The notes beneath the pieces are model-generated. The model was given only the letters and a program-made list of their open reading frames with translations, was not told the origin of the DNA and did not search any database. From assembly GCA_963771175.1 (NCBI GenBank), contig CAVYSY010000038.1, positions 273,103 through 337,102 of the forward strand: 64,000 bases of DNA. Direction: 5' to 3'. Positions 1 through 10,897 of this stretch are shown here, in pieces; the first letter of the stretch is position 1; the number at the start of each line of letters is the position of its first letter. Origin of the DNA: an uncultured delta proteobacterium. Its GTDB lineage: Bacteria; Myxococcota; Myxococcia; Myxococcales; Myxococcaceae. The position numbers and the translations under genes are program-made.

Positions 1-297
1 GAGGCCCGCTCGCTCGCGTTCGCGGCGCGCTCCGAGGCCTCACGACGGGACTTCTCGGCGGCCTCACCGCGGGTACGGGTCGCGTCGCGACGAGCACCAC
101 CCGCGGCGGTCTCCCGGGCCGACTCGGCCACCGGGGACTCCGCCTCGGGCAGGCGGGGGCGCTGCTCCGGGAGCGTGGCCTGCACCTCGAGCGCCTGGAG
201 GATGGCGGCCCGAGGCTCCTCACGGCGCGGCGACTCCTCGGCGGCGGCCCCGAGGGCCCACAGCGAGAATGGCGAGGAGGATGAGGGAACCGCGCAT
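1..297 (-). CDS. hypothetical secreted protein (partial, runs off window; apparent frameshift near 255)
   Basis: GGAGG RBS before ATG at 297; hydrophobic signal-like N-terminus MRGSLILLAILAVG; Ala/Glu/Arg-rich continuation in another frame. Confidence 0.45.
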
Positions 298-419
298 GAC
301 TGCCTCCACGACGCGCCCGGGGGAGGGCTCCAACGAGGAGCCTAGCATTCCTCGTGCCTGACGCTGGTTCCTCGGGAGCGGGGGTGTCGGGTAGCGGCGC
401 ATGCCCCAACCGGGACACC

Positions 420-443
420 CGGGTGTACCGGCTGGTACACCCG
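420..443. repeat. perfect 10-bp inverted repeat (hairpin/operator) just downstream of the last RiPP-cluster gene
   Basis: cgggtgtacc-ggct-ggtacacccg; no U-tract. Confidence 0.5.
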
Positions 444-475
444 TAGGGGCAAGGCCGTCGGGCACCGCGACAGGA

Positions 476-1108
476 CTAGGAGCTTCGCTTCGCGATGGGT
501 TCGGCGGCCTTCAGCCGCTCCACGGTCGCCGCGTACACGGGGCCCAGCGAGTCGAAGTAGTCGCTCCAGCTCGATGTCTTGCTTTTCGACAGGTAGAGGT
601 CCAGCGTGGGCAGCGCCGCTTCACGGTCATGGAGCACTTGCCGTAGCAGCTCGAGCTGCACATGGGGCGTGAGCGCGAAGGCATTGACCTCGTGCCCGAC
701 CGTGATGAAGGTGCGCTCGACGGCCTCGTACTCCGCCTGCGAGCGCGAGAGGACGCCGACATGGCGCTCGCTCGAGGGTGGACCGCCCTCGCCGTAGCGA
801 TGCCCCTCGCAGCTCGTATAGGTGATGAGGCCGTGGTGCCGGGCGACGACGACGACGAGGTCGCGCACGCCCTCCTCGACGAATTGCTCGAACTGGGGGT
901 GGAGGGGAGGCAGGATGCTCGCCGGCAGCTCACCGGCCCCACCGGCGTTGTTGATGTTGCCGTAGTCCGATTTGCGCAAGGAATACTCGACCCGGTTGGC
1001 CATGGCCCGGGGATCGTCCCACTGCTCCATGAGGTCGCGGGCCCCGTCCAAACGGTTGACGAGCCGCCTCCCTCCTCTATCGAGCTCTTTCATCGTTGTC
1101 TCCGCCAA
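476..1108 (-). CDS. uncharacterised protein with TYTSCEGH motif (possibly distant TYW3-like fold)
   Basis: clean 210-aa ORF; GVRDLV...GLITYTSCEGH pattern; co-oriented with the RiPP cluster. Confidence 0.7.
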   Translation of the reverse strand: MAETTMKELDRGGRRLVNRLDGARDLMEQWDDPRAMANRVEYSLRKSDYGNINNAGGAGELPASILPPLHPQFEQFVEEGVRDLVVVVARHHGLITYTSCEGHRYGEGGPPSSERHVGVLSRSQAEYEAVERTFITVGHEVNAFALTPHVQLELLRQVLHDREAALPTLDLYLSKSKTSSWSDYFDSLGPVYAATVERLKAAEPIAKRSS

Positions 1109-1249
1109 GGCTCACGAACCGGCGCATACCAGTCGAGTGCTCACCTTACCGTGGCACAATCTCGATTGTATAATCACTCTCAACAGCAGAAGCAATACAG
1201 CCGGTGCGGTGTCGAGCGAAGACATCCGTGAGGAAGGACGCCTCCGAAT

Positions 1250-1907
1250 TCAGGGCCGTCGAGCCAATTCCTCGAGCGCTTCGGCAACCACACCTTCCTC
1301 GATGGCCTCCATGCTCCCGGCACCGGTGATGTGGCGATGGTGCTTCGTCACCCGGAAGCCCCAACGCTGCTCGGAGGTGGGCCCGAACAACCCGACCGAC
1401 GGCAGCCGAAAGAAGTCCGCGGCGTGCAGCATGCAGGAGTCCACTCCGAGGAATGCGTCACAAATCCCCACCAGCGCCATGGCCGGCGGAATCGCAATCC
1501 CCGAGGCGGCCAGAACCTGCTTCCCCCGGGGGATGGACTCCAGTCCGCGATCCGCCAGGTCCAGGACGAGCACGAGCCACTCAGGGTGGCGTGTGAGAAA
1601 GGCATTCAGCACACGCTTGAAGCTTTCCAACGGCCATTGCTTCGAGGGAGCCGTCTCGGTATGCACCGCGAGCACCCTGCTCCACGACGACGTGTGTTTG
1701 CTTCATCTCCGCGCGCACCGCGCGGACCTCCCGCAGCGGCAGGCCCGAGTAGAAGAGCTGCTCATCTCCCGGGGCGCCCACGACCCTCAGGCGGCCAGAG
1801 TACAGCTCGGAGAGGGCACGCACGGCCGGCAACGCCAGGAGGCGATCTCCGGTGCCGTTGACGTGGAAGACCACGGGCGCACGGGCGTTTCGAAGTGGGC
1901 CGTCCAT
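1250..1907 (-). pseudogene. glycosyltransferase family 9 (heptosyltransferase-like), frameshifted and apparently internally shortened
   Basis: N-part GTGDRLLALPAVRAL; C-part SKQWP...GVDSCMLHAA...PSVGLFGPT; frame change near 1680; only ~218 codons in total. Confidence 0.7.
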
Positions 1908-1918
1908 GATGCAATGGC

Positions 1919-4358
1919 TCACTCGCTCCTGATGGCGATGATGGGGTCCACGCGCGAGGCCCGGCGCGCGGGCATCCACGTGGCCAGCAGGGCGATGATG
2001 CCCAGCAGCAGCGCGAGCGAGCCGAAGGTGAGCGGATCCCTCGTGCTCACCCCATAGAGGAGGCTCTCCATGAAGCGCGACAGGCCGAAAGCCCCGGCGA
2101 GCCCGGCGCCCACGCCCAGGGCGGCCAGCAGCGCCCCCTGGCGCATCACCAGCTTCACGACGTCCGAGGGCTGCGCGCCCAGGGCCATCCGGATGCCGAG
2201 CTCTCGCGTGCGCTGGGAGACGGTGTAGGAGATGACGCCGTAGAGGCCCGCGGTGGCGAGCACCAGGGCGATGACGGCGAAGGCTCCCAGCAGCACCAGG
2301 TTCATCCGGCGCGCCACCATGGAGCGCGAGATGATCTCCTCCATGGTGAACACCTCGGCGATGGCCAGCTCCGAGTCCACGGACTTCACCGCCGCCCGCA
2401 GCGCGGAGGCGCCGGCCGTCGAATCCACCGTCGTCCTCACCACCAGGAACACGTCCTGGAGACCAAAGGGGTTGGCCCCGGCCTGGTTGTAGGGCAGGTC
2501 GATCTCCGGGACAGGCTTCCGGTCCAACCCACCCTGGCGCACGTCGCCCACCACGCCGATGACGGTGGCGGACTGCCTCATGAACGTCAGCCGCCGGCCC
2601 ACCGCTTCGCCCTGGCCGAAGTGCCGCTGGGCCAACGCCTGGTTGATGATGACCACGAGCTCCCCCTGGCCATCCTGCTCGGTGAATTCGCGCCCGGCCA
2701 GCAAGGGAATCCCCATGGCCTTGATGAGGCCCGGACTCAGGGCGCGGAACTCCGCCATTGGATCCTTCCCCGGTTCGGGCTCCGGCTCCCCCTCGACGGT
2801 GTAGCTGGTGGTGAGGGACCCTGGATGGATGGGGAGCAGCGAGGTGAGCCCCACGGACTGCACGCCGGGCTGAGAGCGCAACTGCTCCAGGACGGGCTGG
2901 AAGACGCGCTGGGGGGCCTCCGCGAGCGGGTACTTGTAGGTGGGCACCGACATGCGGGCGGTGAGCACACCGCGCGCGTCGAAGCCCGGCGCCTCGTTGA
3001 GCAGGGTGATGAAGCCACGCATCATCAGCCCGGCGCCCACCAGGAGGATGAGCGACAGGGCCAGCTCACCCACCACGAGCCCACCACGGAAGCGGTGTTG
3101 CGCCCGCGACGACGAGGCCTTCGTCCCGGACCCGCCGAGGCTGGCGCGCAGGTCGGTGCGAGTGACCTGCAGCGCCGGGAAGAGCCCGAAGAGCACCGAG
3201 CTGCCCGCGGCCACCAGCAGCAGCAGGCCGAAGACGTTGCCCCGCAGCGAGATGTCGCCGAGCAGCGGCAACGAGCGCGACACCAGGCCCTCCAGCGCAC
3301 TCACGCCCCAGGCCGCCAGGAGCGCTCCGAGCACCGCGCCCGCCAGCGACAGCACCAGGCTCTCCACGAGCATCTGCCGGATGAGGCGGGACCGGCTCGC
3401 GCCAAGCGCAGCCGGACGGCCATCTCCTTGCGGCGCGCGGCCCCCTGGGCGAGCAGGAGGTTGGCCACGTTGGCACAGGCGATGAGCAGCACGAGCAGCA
3501 CCGTGCCCTGGAGGATGAGCAGCACGGGCCGCACCTTCCCCATCACCGTCTCCGTGAGCGGCACGGCCGTGGCGCTGCGCCCGGCCAGGTCGTTCGGGTA
3601 GGCCTCCTGCAGACGGGTGACGAGCTGGCGCAGCTCGGTGTTGGTGGCCTCGAGGCTCACCCCGGACTTGAGCCGGCCGATGACGTTCAGGAAGCGCGAG
3701 CCCCGGGCCTCGGCGTTCGGGCCCGTGACGGAGAGGGGGATGAACAGGTCCATCTGCGTCTGCGTGCCCGCGGGGAACTGGACCGCGGTCGGCAGCACGC
3801 CGATGACCGTGTAGGGCAGCCCATCCAGCGTCAGGCTCTGGCCGAGCAGCGCGGGGTTCTCGCCGAAGCGCCGCTTCCAAAGCCCCTCGCTCACCACCAC
3901 CACGGGCGCGCTGCCGGGGGCATCCTCTCCCGGGGAGAAGCCACGGCCGAGCCGCGGCTCCACGCCGAGCACCTGGAAGAGATTGGCGGAGACCTCGGCG
4001 ACGCGCAGCCGCTCGGTGCCCTCGCTCCGCCCAGGTTACGGCTCTTGAGGGTGTAGGTGGCGAGGCCTTCGAGGCTCTGGAGCTGCTGCGCCCAGTCCCG
4101 GACGTTGGGCCAGGAGGCGGACTCGCGCAGGTTGGGATCTCTCTGGGGCACCGTCTCGAAGAGGCGCACGAGCCGCTCCGGCTCCGCGTACGGCAGCGGG
4201 CGCAGGAGCGTGGCGTCCACCACGCTGAAGATGGCCGCGTTGGCGCCGATTCCCAGGGCCAGGCACAGCACCGCCACCGTGGTGAAGCCCGGGCTCTTGC
4301 CCAGCCTGCGCAACGCGAAGCGGACATCCCGGCTCAGGTCATCCATCCAGCTCGTCAT
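1919..4358 (-). CDS. duplicated ABC permease (MacB/FtsX-like, ADOP type); frameshifts near 4020 and 3410
   Basis: [16 protein letters not shown]...[52 protein letters not shown]-terminus. Confidence 0.9.
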
Positions 4359-4448
4359 TCCACGCACCCCTTGGGCAGGACCCACCATGGCCTCGGTCCT
4401 CTCCGGACATGCCGGGCAGCTCGATGGAGCAAGGCCTTCAGCAGCCTA

Positions 4449-4793
4449 CTACGTGTTGCGCTCCAGCTCCGCGCAGGTCTCGGCCGTGCCGGCGCACGGC
4501 ACGGTGTCGAGCTGCCTGAGGCGCTCCAGCTCCGCGCAGGCCTCGGGCGTGCCGGCGCACGGCTCGGTGGTGCCGAGCTGCTTGTTGCGCTCCAGCTCCG
4601 CGCAGGCCTCGGGCGTGCCAGCGCACGGCTCGGTGGTGCCGAGCTGCTTGTTGCGCTCCAGCTCCGCGCAGGCCTCGGGCGTGCCGGCGCACGGCTCGGT
4701 GGTGGACTCCGACGTCACGAGCTCCTCCGGACCACAGCCCGTGGCGAGGACCGTCAATCCCAGGGTGGCAAGCAGCAGGCACGGCTTGAGCAT
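4449..4793 (-). CDS. small lipoprotein (114 aa) with four tandem Cys-x6-Cys repeats
   Basis: GGAGAG RBS; MLKPCLLLATLGLTVLATG-C lipobox; repeats of EPCAGTPEACAELERNKQLGT; TAG TAG stop. Confidence 0.75.
   Translation of the reverse strand: MLKPCLLLATLGLTVLATGCGPEELVTSESTTEPCAGTPEACAELERNKQLGTTEPCAGTPEACAELERNKQLGTTEPCAGTPEACAELERLRQLDTVPCAGTAETCAELERNT
4455..4704 (-). repeat. coding tandem repeat, 63-bp/21-aa unit, four copies (last one diverged)
   Basis: near-identical gcgctccagctccgcgcaggcctcgggcgtgccggcgcacggc units read directly from the sequence. Confidence 0.95.
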
Positions 4794-4876
4794 GTGCATC
4801 TCTCCGGTGAGGGTACGAAGGGTCTGAAGCACTATCATCCAGCAATTCAGGGAAAATTGGAATGAAAGGGGGAGTC

Positions 4877-7004
<2,128 letters not shown>

Positions 7005-7025
7005 GGTGAGCACGTGCGGCGAAGT

Positions 7026-7556
7026 CTACTCGCGGAGGAGATGGACGAGGTACTTCCGGGGGGGCGTCCACACCTGCACCTTGAGCGGCAACGGCGCGGA
7101 AGGGGCCGGGAGGGCGGGGTCGGGGGCGAGCAACACCTGGAGGCAGGACGCCTGCTCCGGGGGCGAGGAGGCCTGCAAGAAGGCCCGGGACTCGCGGCTG
7201 CACGGGCCGGTGGAGAGCTTGGAGATCACCCCCCGCGAGCGCTCCGCCGAGCCCGCGAAGCGGAACTCGAGCGTATCGCCGGGACGCAGGTGCTCGGCGG
7301 CCGTCGGCTCCAGGGAGAGCTCGAGCCCCTGACCCCGCGCGGGGGCGTCTTCCACCAGGGCGACGAACATCGGCTGGAAGTCGAGCCGTGACAGCGCGAA
7401 GCCAAGGAGCGCCATGAGGAGCAGGGGGACCAAGGTCACCAGCCGCAGCGACAGCGGACGCAGCAGGCTGATCTCCCCGAGGTGACGCACTCGGCGGTGG
7501 TTGAGCGCCTCGTACCTGAAGAGAGGCCGGCCTTGAACGGGGGGCTCGGGTTTCAT
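7026..7556 (-). CDS. short HlyD/CvaA-like secretion accessory protein
   Basis: LFRYEAL...HLGEI N-terminal motif, one TM helix, LRPGDTLEFRF...RGVISKLS beta-domain; sits directly upstream of the PCAT. Confidence 0.65.
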   Translation of the reverse strand: MKPEPPVQGRPLFRYEALNHRRVRHLGEISLLRPLSLRLVTLVPLLLMALLGFALSRLDFQPMFVALVEDAPARGQGLELSLEPTAAEHLRPGDTLEFRFAGSAERSRGVISKLSTGPCSRESRAFLQASSPPEQASCLQVLLAPDPALPAPSAPLPLKVQVWTPPRKYLVHLLRE

Positions 7557-7598
7557 GATCGTCACCAATCCGTGGGCAAGCGCCGGCCCCCCGACGGC

Positions 7599-8753
7599 TC
7601 AGGCACCCTGTGCCGTCAGCCGGGCACGCAGAGGACGGGAGAGGGCAAGGCCCAGCTCGCTCAGCCCCACCTCGCTCTCGATGGGGACGCGCAGTTGTTC
7701 CATGTACGCGACAATCGTGCTCTGGCGGCTGGAGATCTCCTTCTGAAGCCCCATGGCGCGGAACTTCTCGAAGGCGATGAGCGCGTTGCCGAAGGCATGA
7801 TAGCCGATGAGGATCCGGTCGAGGGGGCGCTCGCACTTCTTGAGGGGCGAGTAATGCGGCCTGGCCTCGGGCGTCACGAACGAACCGACCCAGCTCGCCA
7901 TGTGGAAGTACTGGTGCGAGCACTCGTGAATCATCATCTCCGCCGTCTCCGTGGGCGTGGCCGGCACGCACAGGTCGATGCCGCCGAAGCGGCGCGGCGA
8001 GGAGCCGCTGGCGATCATGTTCCAGTCCGGACGGCGGATGGGAGTGATCTCCTTGAGCAGACAGAGGACCCAGGCGCGATACTCCGGCATGGCCCGGCCC
8101 ATCAGCTCCAGGGCCTCCTCGAACTGGGCGACCGCTCCCTGATTCACGACCGCCGCGGGCTGGCTGAGCTCATCCAGAAAGGTCGTGTGCCACTCGGCAC
8201 CCACCACGCGGATGGTGGGCTGACCGTCGACCCGGACGAACGAGGACTCCGTGCCGGCTTCAGCCCACACGGGGCTGCCGTTGCGCTGGGCGATGACCGA
8301 GAACGACCGGGGGGCGGTAGCGCCCTCGGCCTGGATCGTCATCCGGTCGGCTCCACCCCGGATGGAGAGACGCGCGGCGGGGACGAGCTGGCCGGCCACG
8401 AAGAGAGGCGCGTTCGTCTCGACGTCGAGCTCGAGCTCGGAGGTCACTCCCGTCACGTGCGCGCTGAGGGAAATCTGGGCCCGGAGCCAGTTCCAGTCGC
8501 CCTCCGTGAAGGCCTGCTTCGACAGGCCGTTGAAGATGATCGCCACCTCCGGCGTCCAGTAGGCCGTGTTCGCCCCCCGCTGGGCGAGCCGCTGGGCGAT
8601 GTCGGCGAGCCGGGCGTCCTGGCTGTAGCCGTGCTGCTCGGCGAGGCGAATCGCCCGGCGACAGAAGACCCGGAACTGGTTGGTGGCAAGCTCGGCCGTC
8701 AGGGCGGCGTAATCGCCCTCGAAAGGATTGGACAGTCGGTTGAAGATTTCCAT
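7599..8753 (-). CDS. aKG-HExxH-type peptide-modifying enzyme (HEXXH motif protein)
   Basis: MIHECSHQ; YSPLKKCERP...GYHAF; SGSSPRRFGGI; directly downstream of the rSAM. Confidence 0.85.
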   Translation of the reverse strand: MEIFNRLSNPFEGDYAALTAELATNQFRVFCRRAIRLAEQHGYSQDARLADIAQRLAQRGANTAYWTPEVAIIFNGLSKQAFTEGDWNWLRAQISLSAHVTGVTSELELDVETNAPLFVAGQLVPAARLSIRGGADRMTIQAEGATAPRSFSVIAQRNGSPVWAEAGTESSFVRVDGQPTIRVVGAEWHTTFLDELSQPAAVVNQGAVAQFEEALELMGRAMPEYRAWVLCLLKEITPIRRPDWNMIASGSSPRRFGGIDLCVPATPTETAEMMIHECSHQYFHMASWVGSFVTPEARPHYSPLKKCERPLDRILIGYHAFGNALIAFEKFRAMGLQKEISSRQSTIVAYMEQLRVPIESEVGLSELGLALSRPLRARLTAQGA

Positions 8754-8757
8754 GGGC

Positions 8758-10068
8758 TCACTCGATGACGGGCAGTTCCATTGAATTGGCTTCGGGAATC
8801 TGAATCTCGGCGGGAGCCGCGCCCAGGGTCACGGGCCGCAGGAAGTCCCGGGCCCAGAACTCGGGCTTGCGCGAGAGCACCTGCGACAGGCGCTCGACGC
8901 CGTTCTCCCGCCTGGCCACGATGGCGGCGATCGCGGTGTGGATGGTGTCCAGCGTCTCGCAGAAGACCGAGGGTTGGTCGAAGCCGGACCCCTTCTGATA
9001 GCGATTGAAGAGCTCTCCGGAGCGGCAGGTCCGGAACCAGTCGCAGCTCGCACACTTCTCGGGGGCCTTGTCGACGGCCCGCACGAGCTGCTGCCACATG
9101 GGGCTGCCGAGGAACTGCGCGAGGGTGGTGTTGCGGACGTTGGTGTCCGCGTTGAAGAGCGCCTTGTCGAGCGCCATGATGTTGTCATCCATCCCGAGCT
9201 TGCCATCGCCGGAGATGGTGATGATGTGGTGGCGGGTGGAGCGCCTGAAGTCCATCCGCTGGGCGCCGGCGTCCGAGATCATCGCCGACATGATGTCGGA
9301 GAGGAGCTGGATGGTGACCAGCCGGCCGATCTTCTTGGGCGTCGTCTGCCAGTACTTGATGATCTCGGTGAAGTAGGCGACCCACTTGCTCTGGGGCTTC
9401 CAGACATCGCTGTCGTAGCCTTCTCGCGGCAGCAGGATGTTGAAGTTGTCGATGCCGAGATCCTCGACGAAGTGCCGGACGACCTCTTCTCCGCTGTGAT
9501 TGGGATTGGCCACGCAGAGGATGCCCGTGGCGCGGTTGCGCCCGGCACGCACCCCCTCCTGGAGCAAGCGCAGGCCCCTCACCGTGGCCTCGTAGCTCCC
9601 CTTCCCCTTATGATCGGGGCGGGCCGCGTCGTGGATGTGGGGCGGGCCATCCAGGCTCACTCCCGCGGCCACCTGGTGCTCGGCGAAGAGCGAGACCCAT
9701 TCCTGGTCGACTCGCGTCCCGTTCGTCTGGAGCCCGAGGTGGACGTTCGTCACATCCGAGAGCTCTTCGCGGAGGATGCGGCAGATGGCATCGAAGCGCT
9801 TCTTCGGCATCAGCAGGGGCTCGCCACCGTGCAGGCCGATGTAGAGGTGCTGGATGTCCATCTCCTGCACACCGCGGCGTAGGAACGCGGCGACGTCTCG
9901 GATCGTGGCCTCGGAGATCAGGGCGGGACTGCTCTTGTAGAGATCGTTTTCCTGAAAAAAGTAATAACAGTACGGGCACGCCAGGTTGCACCGCTCCGCT
10001 ATCTTGAGGACCACGTCCAGACAATTGGCCCACTCTCGAGGTTCTCTGCGCATCCTCGCCTCACTCAT
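8758..10068 (-). CDS. radical SAM/SPASM peptide maturase, XyeB-like three-residue cyclophane-forming enzyme
   Basis: LKIAERCNLACPYCYYF; HGGEPLLM; LQTNG; SLDGP; GILCVAN...RHFVEDLG; C-terminal CASCDWFRTC...SVFC. Confidence 0.9.
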   Translation of the reverse strand: MSEARMRREPREWANCLDVVLKIAERCNLACPYCYYFFQENDLYKSSPALISEATIRDVAAFLRRGVQEMDIQHLYIGLHGGEPLLMPKKRFDAICRILREELSDVTNVHLGLQTNGTRVDQEWVSLFAEHQVAAGVSLDGPPHIHDAARPDHKGKGSYEATVRGLRLLQEGVRAGRNRATGILCVANPNHSGEEVVRHFVEDLGIDNFNILLPREGYDSDVWKPQSKWVAYFTEIIKYWQTTPKKIGRLVTIQLLSDIMSAMISDAGAQRMDFRRSTRHHIITISGDGKLGMDDNIMALDKALFNADTNVRNTTLAQFLGSPMWQQLVRAVDKAPEKCASCDWFRTCRSGELFNRYQKGSGFDQPSVFCETLDTIHTAIAAIVARRENGVERLSQVLSRKPEFWARDFLRPVTLGAAPAEIQIPEANSMELPVIE

Positions 10069-10083
10069 CCTGGGTTGCGGTGC

Positions 10084-10130
10084 AAAAAGCGGCCAGCCGC
10101 CGCGGGGTTGAGTCCACTGCGTCTGGCCGC
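10084..10130 (-). terminator. hairpin plus U5 tract between precursor and rSAM (leaky terminator or stabilising stem)
   Basis: minus strand gcggccag...ctggccgc stem followed by ttttt. Confidence 0.65.
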
Positions 10131-10146
10131 CTACAGCGAACGACTA

Positions 10147-10362
10147 CTACTCCATCTGCTCCAGCTCCTTACCGAGCGAGCCGTGCGCGGAGCCGTGGCC
10201 GGAGAGGTGGCCCGAGGCGTGCGCGGCGGCGGCGCTCACCGCATCCAGGTGCACGTCCATGAGCTCCACCAGCTCCTGGTCCGCGACGACCAGGTTCTTC
10301 TCCGAGGCGCCATCGAGCTTCGCCTTCAGACGGTCCGCCAGGGTCGAGAGGTTGTTATCCAT
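10147..10362 (-). CDS. RiPP precursor peptide, 71 aa, with (H-x-S-G/A) repeat core
   Basis: AAGGAGG RBS; leader ...ELMDVHLDAVSAA; core AAHASGHLSGHGSAHGSLGKELEQME; first gene of the cluster. Confidence 0.88.
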   Translation of the reverse strand: MDNNLSTLADRLKAKLDGASEKNLVVADQELVELMDVHLDAVSAAAAHASGHLSGHGSAHGSLGKELEQME

Positions 10363-10459
10363 ATCGCTTCCTCCTTGGTGTGGCTGTGTGTGGGGGGTGC
10401 GGCGACAACATCACCGTCTCCAAGGTCATCAACGCGATTTCCCTGAAGAAGATGACTAA

Positions 10460-10560
10460 CATTAAACTTTGCAAGTCATTCAGCCTGCTTGTCAAGTGCC
10501 TAAGAAAAAATAACACACACCTGGAATGTCGACTATTCGGCAGTTCCGGCTTGACAAGTC
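10460..10560 (-). promoter_or_regulatory. AT-rich promoter region of the RiPP operon with repeated CTTGWCAAG-type palindromes
   Basis: gcttgtcaagt (10487), gcttgacaagt (10549), actttgcaagt (10466); TTGACA on minus strand at 10495-10490. Confidence 0.5.
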
Positions 10561-10897
10561 GCACGGAATGAGGGCTAAGGCTCCGCGCGGCCCACCGCGT
10601 GGCTCCAGGCTTCGGACCCGCCGCCGCCGGTGGATGCGCGGTACGCGAGCAAAGGCAGACACGGCAGCCCAGGGCCGCTTCCCCAGTCTACGTGCGCGCA
10701 CTGCGACAGGGAAGGTGCCCCGGCTGGTGCGAGCCTTTGGCGAGGGCCGCTACTCCTGGCTCAGTCCCCAATCTGGACGAAAGTGAGCGCAGCCGCCGTC
10801 GCCGGGCGACACCCCGTCCCAGCAGGCCGACCGCTCCGCTTGCCTCCGGTGGCACCGTGACGCGCCGCGCTCCGGGCGCGCGGGAATCGGGGCAGGC

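Noticed and set aside
4455..4704. Regular repeats as a possible CRISPR array
   Set aside because: Units are contiguous in-frame coding repeats with no unique spacers and no cas genes
10695..10740. cactg...gggaagg resembling a cobalamin riboswitch B12 box
   Set aside because: Other conserved riboswitch elements are missing and no gene lies downstream on that strand
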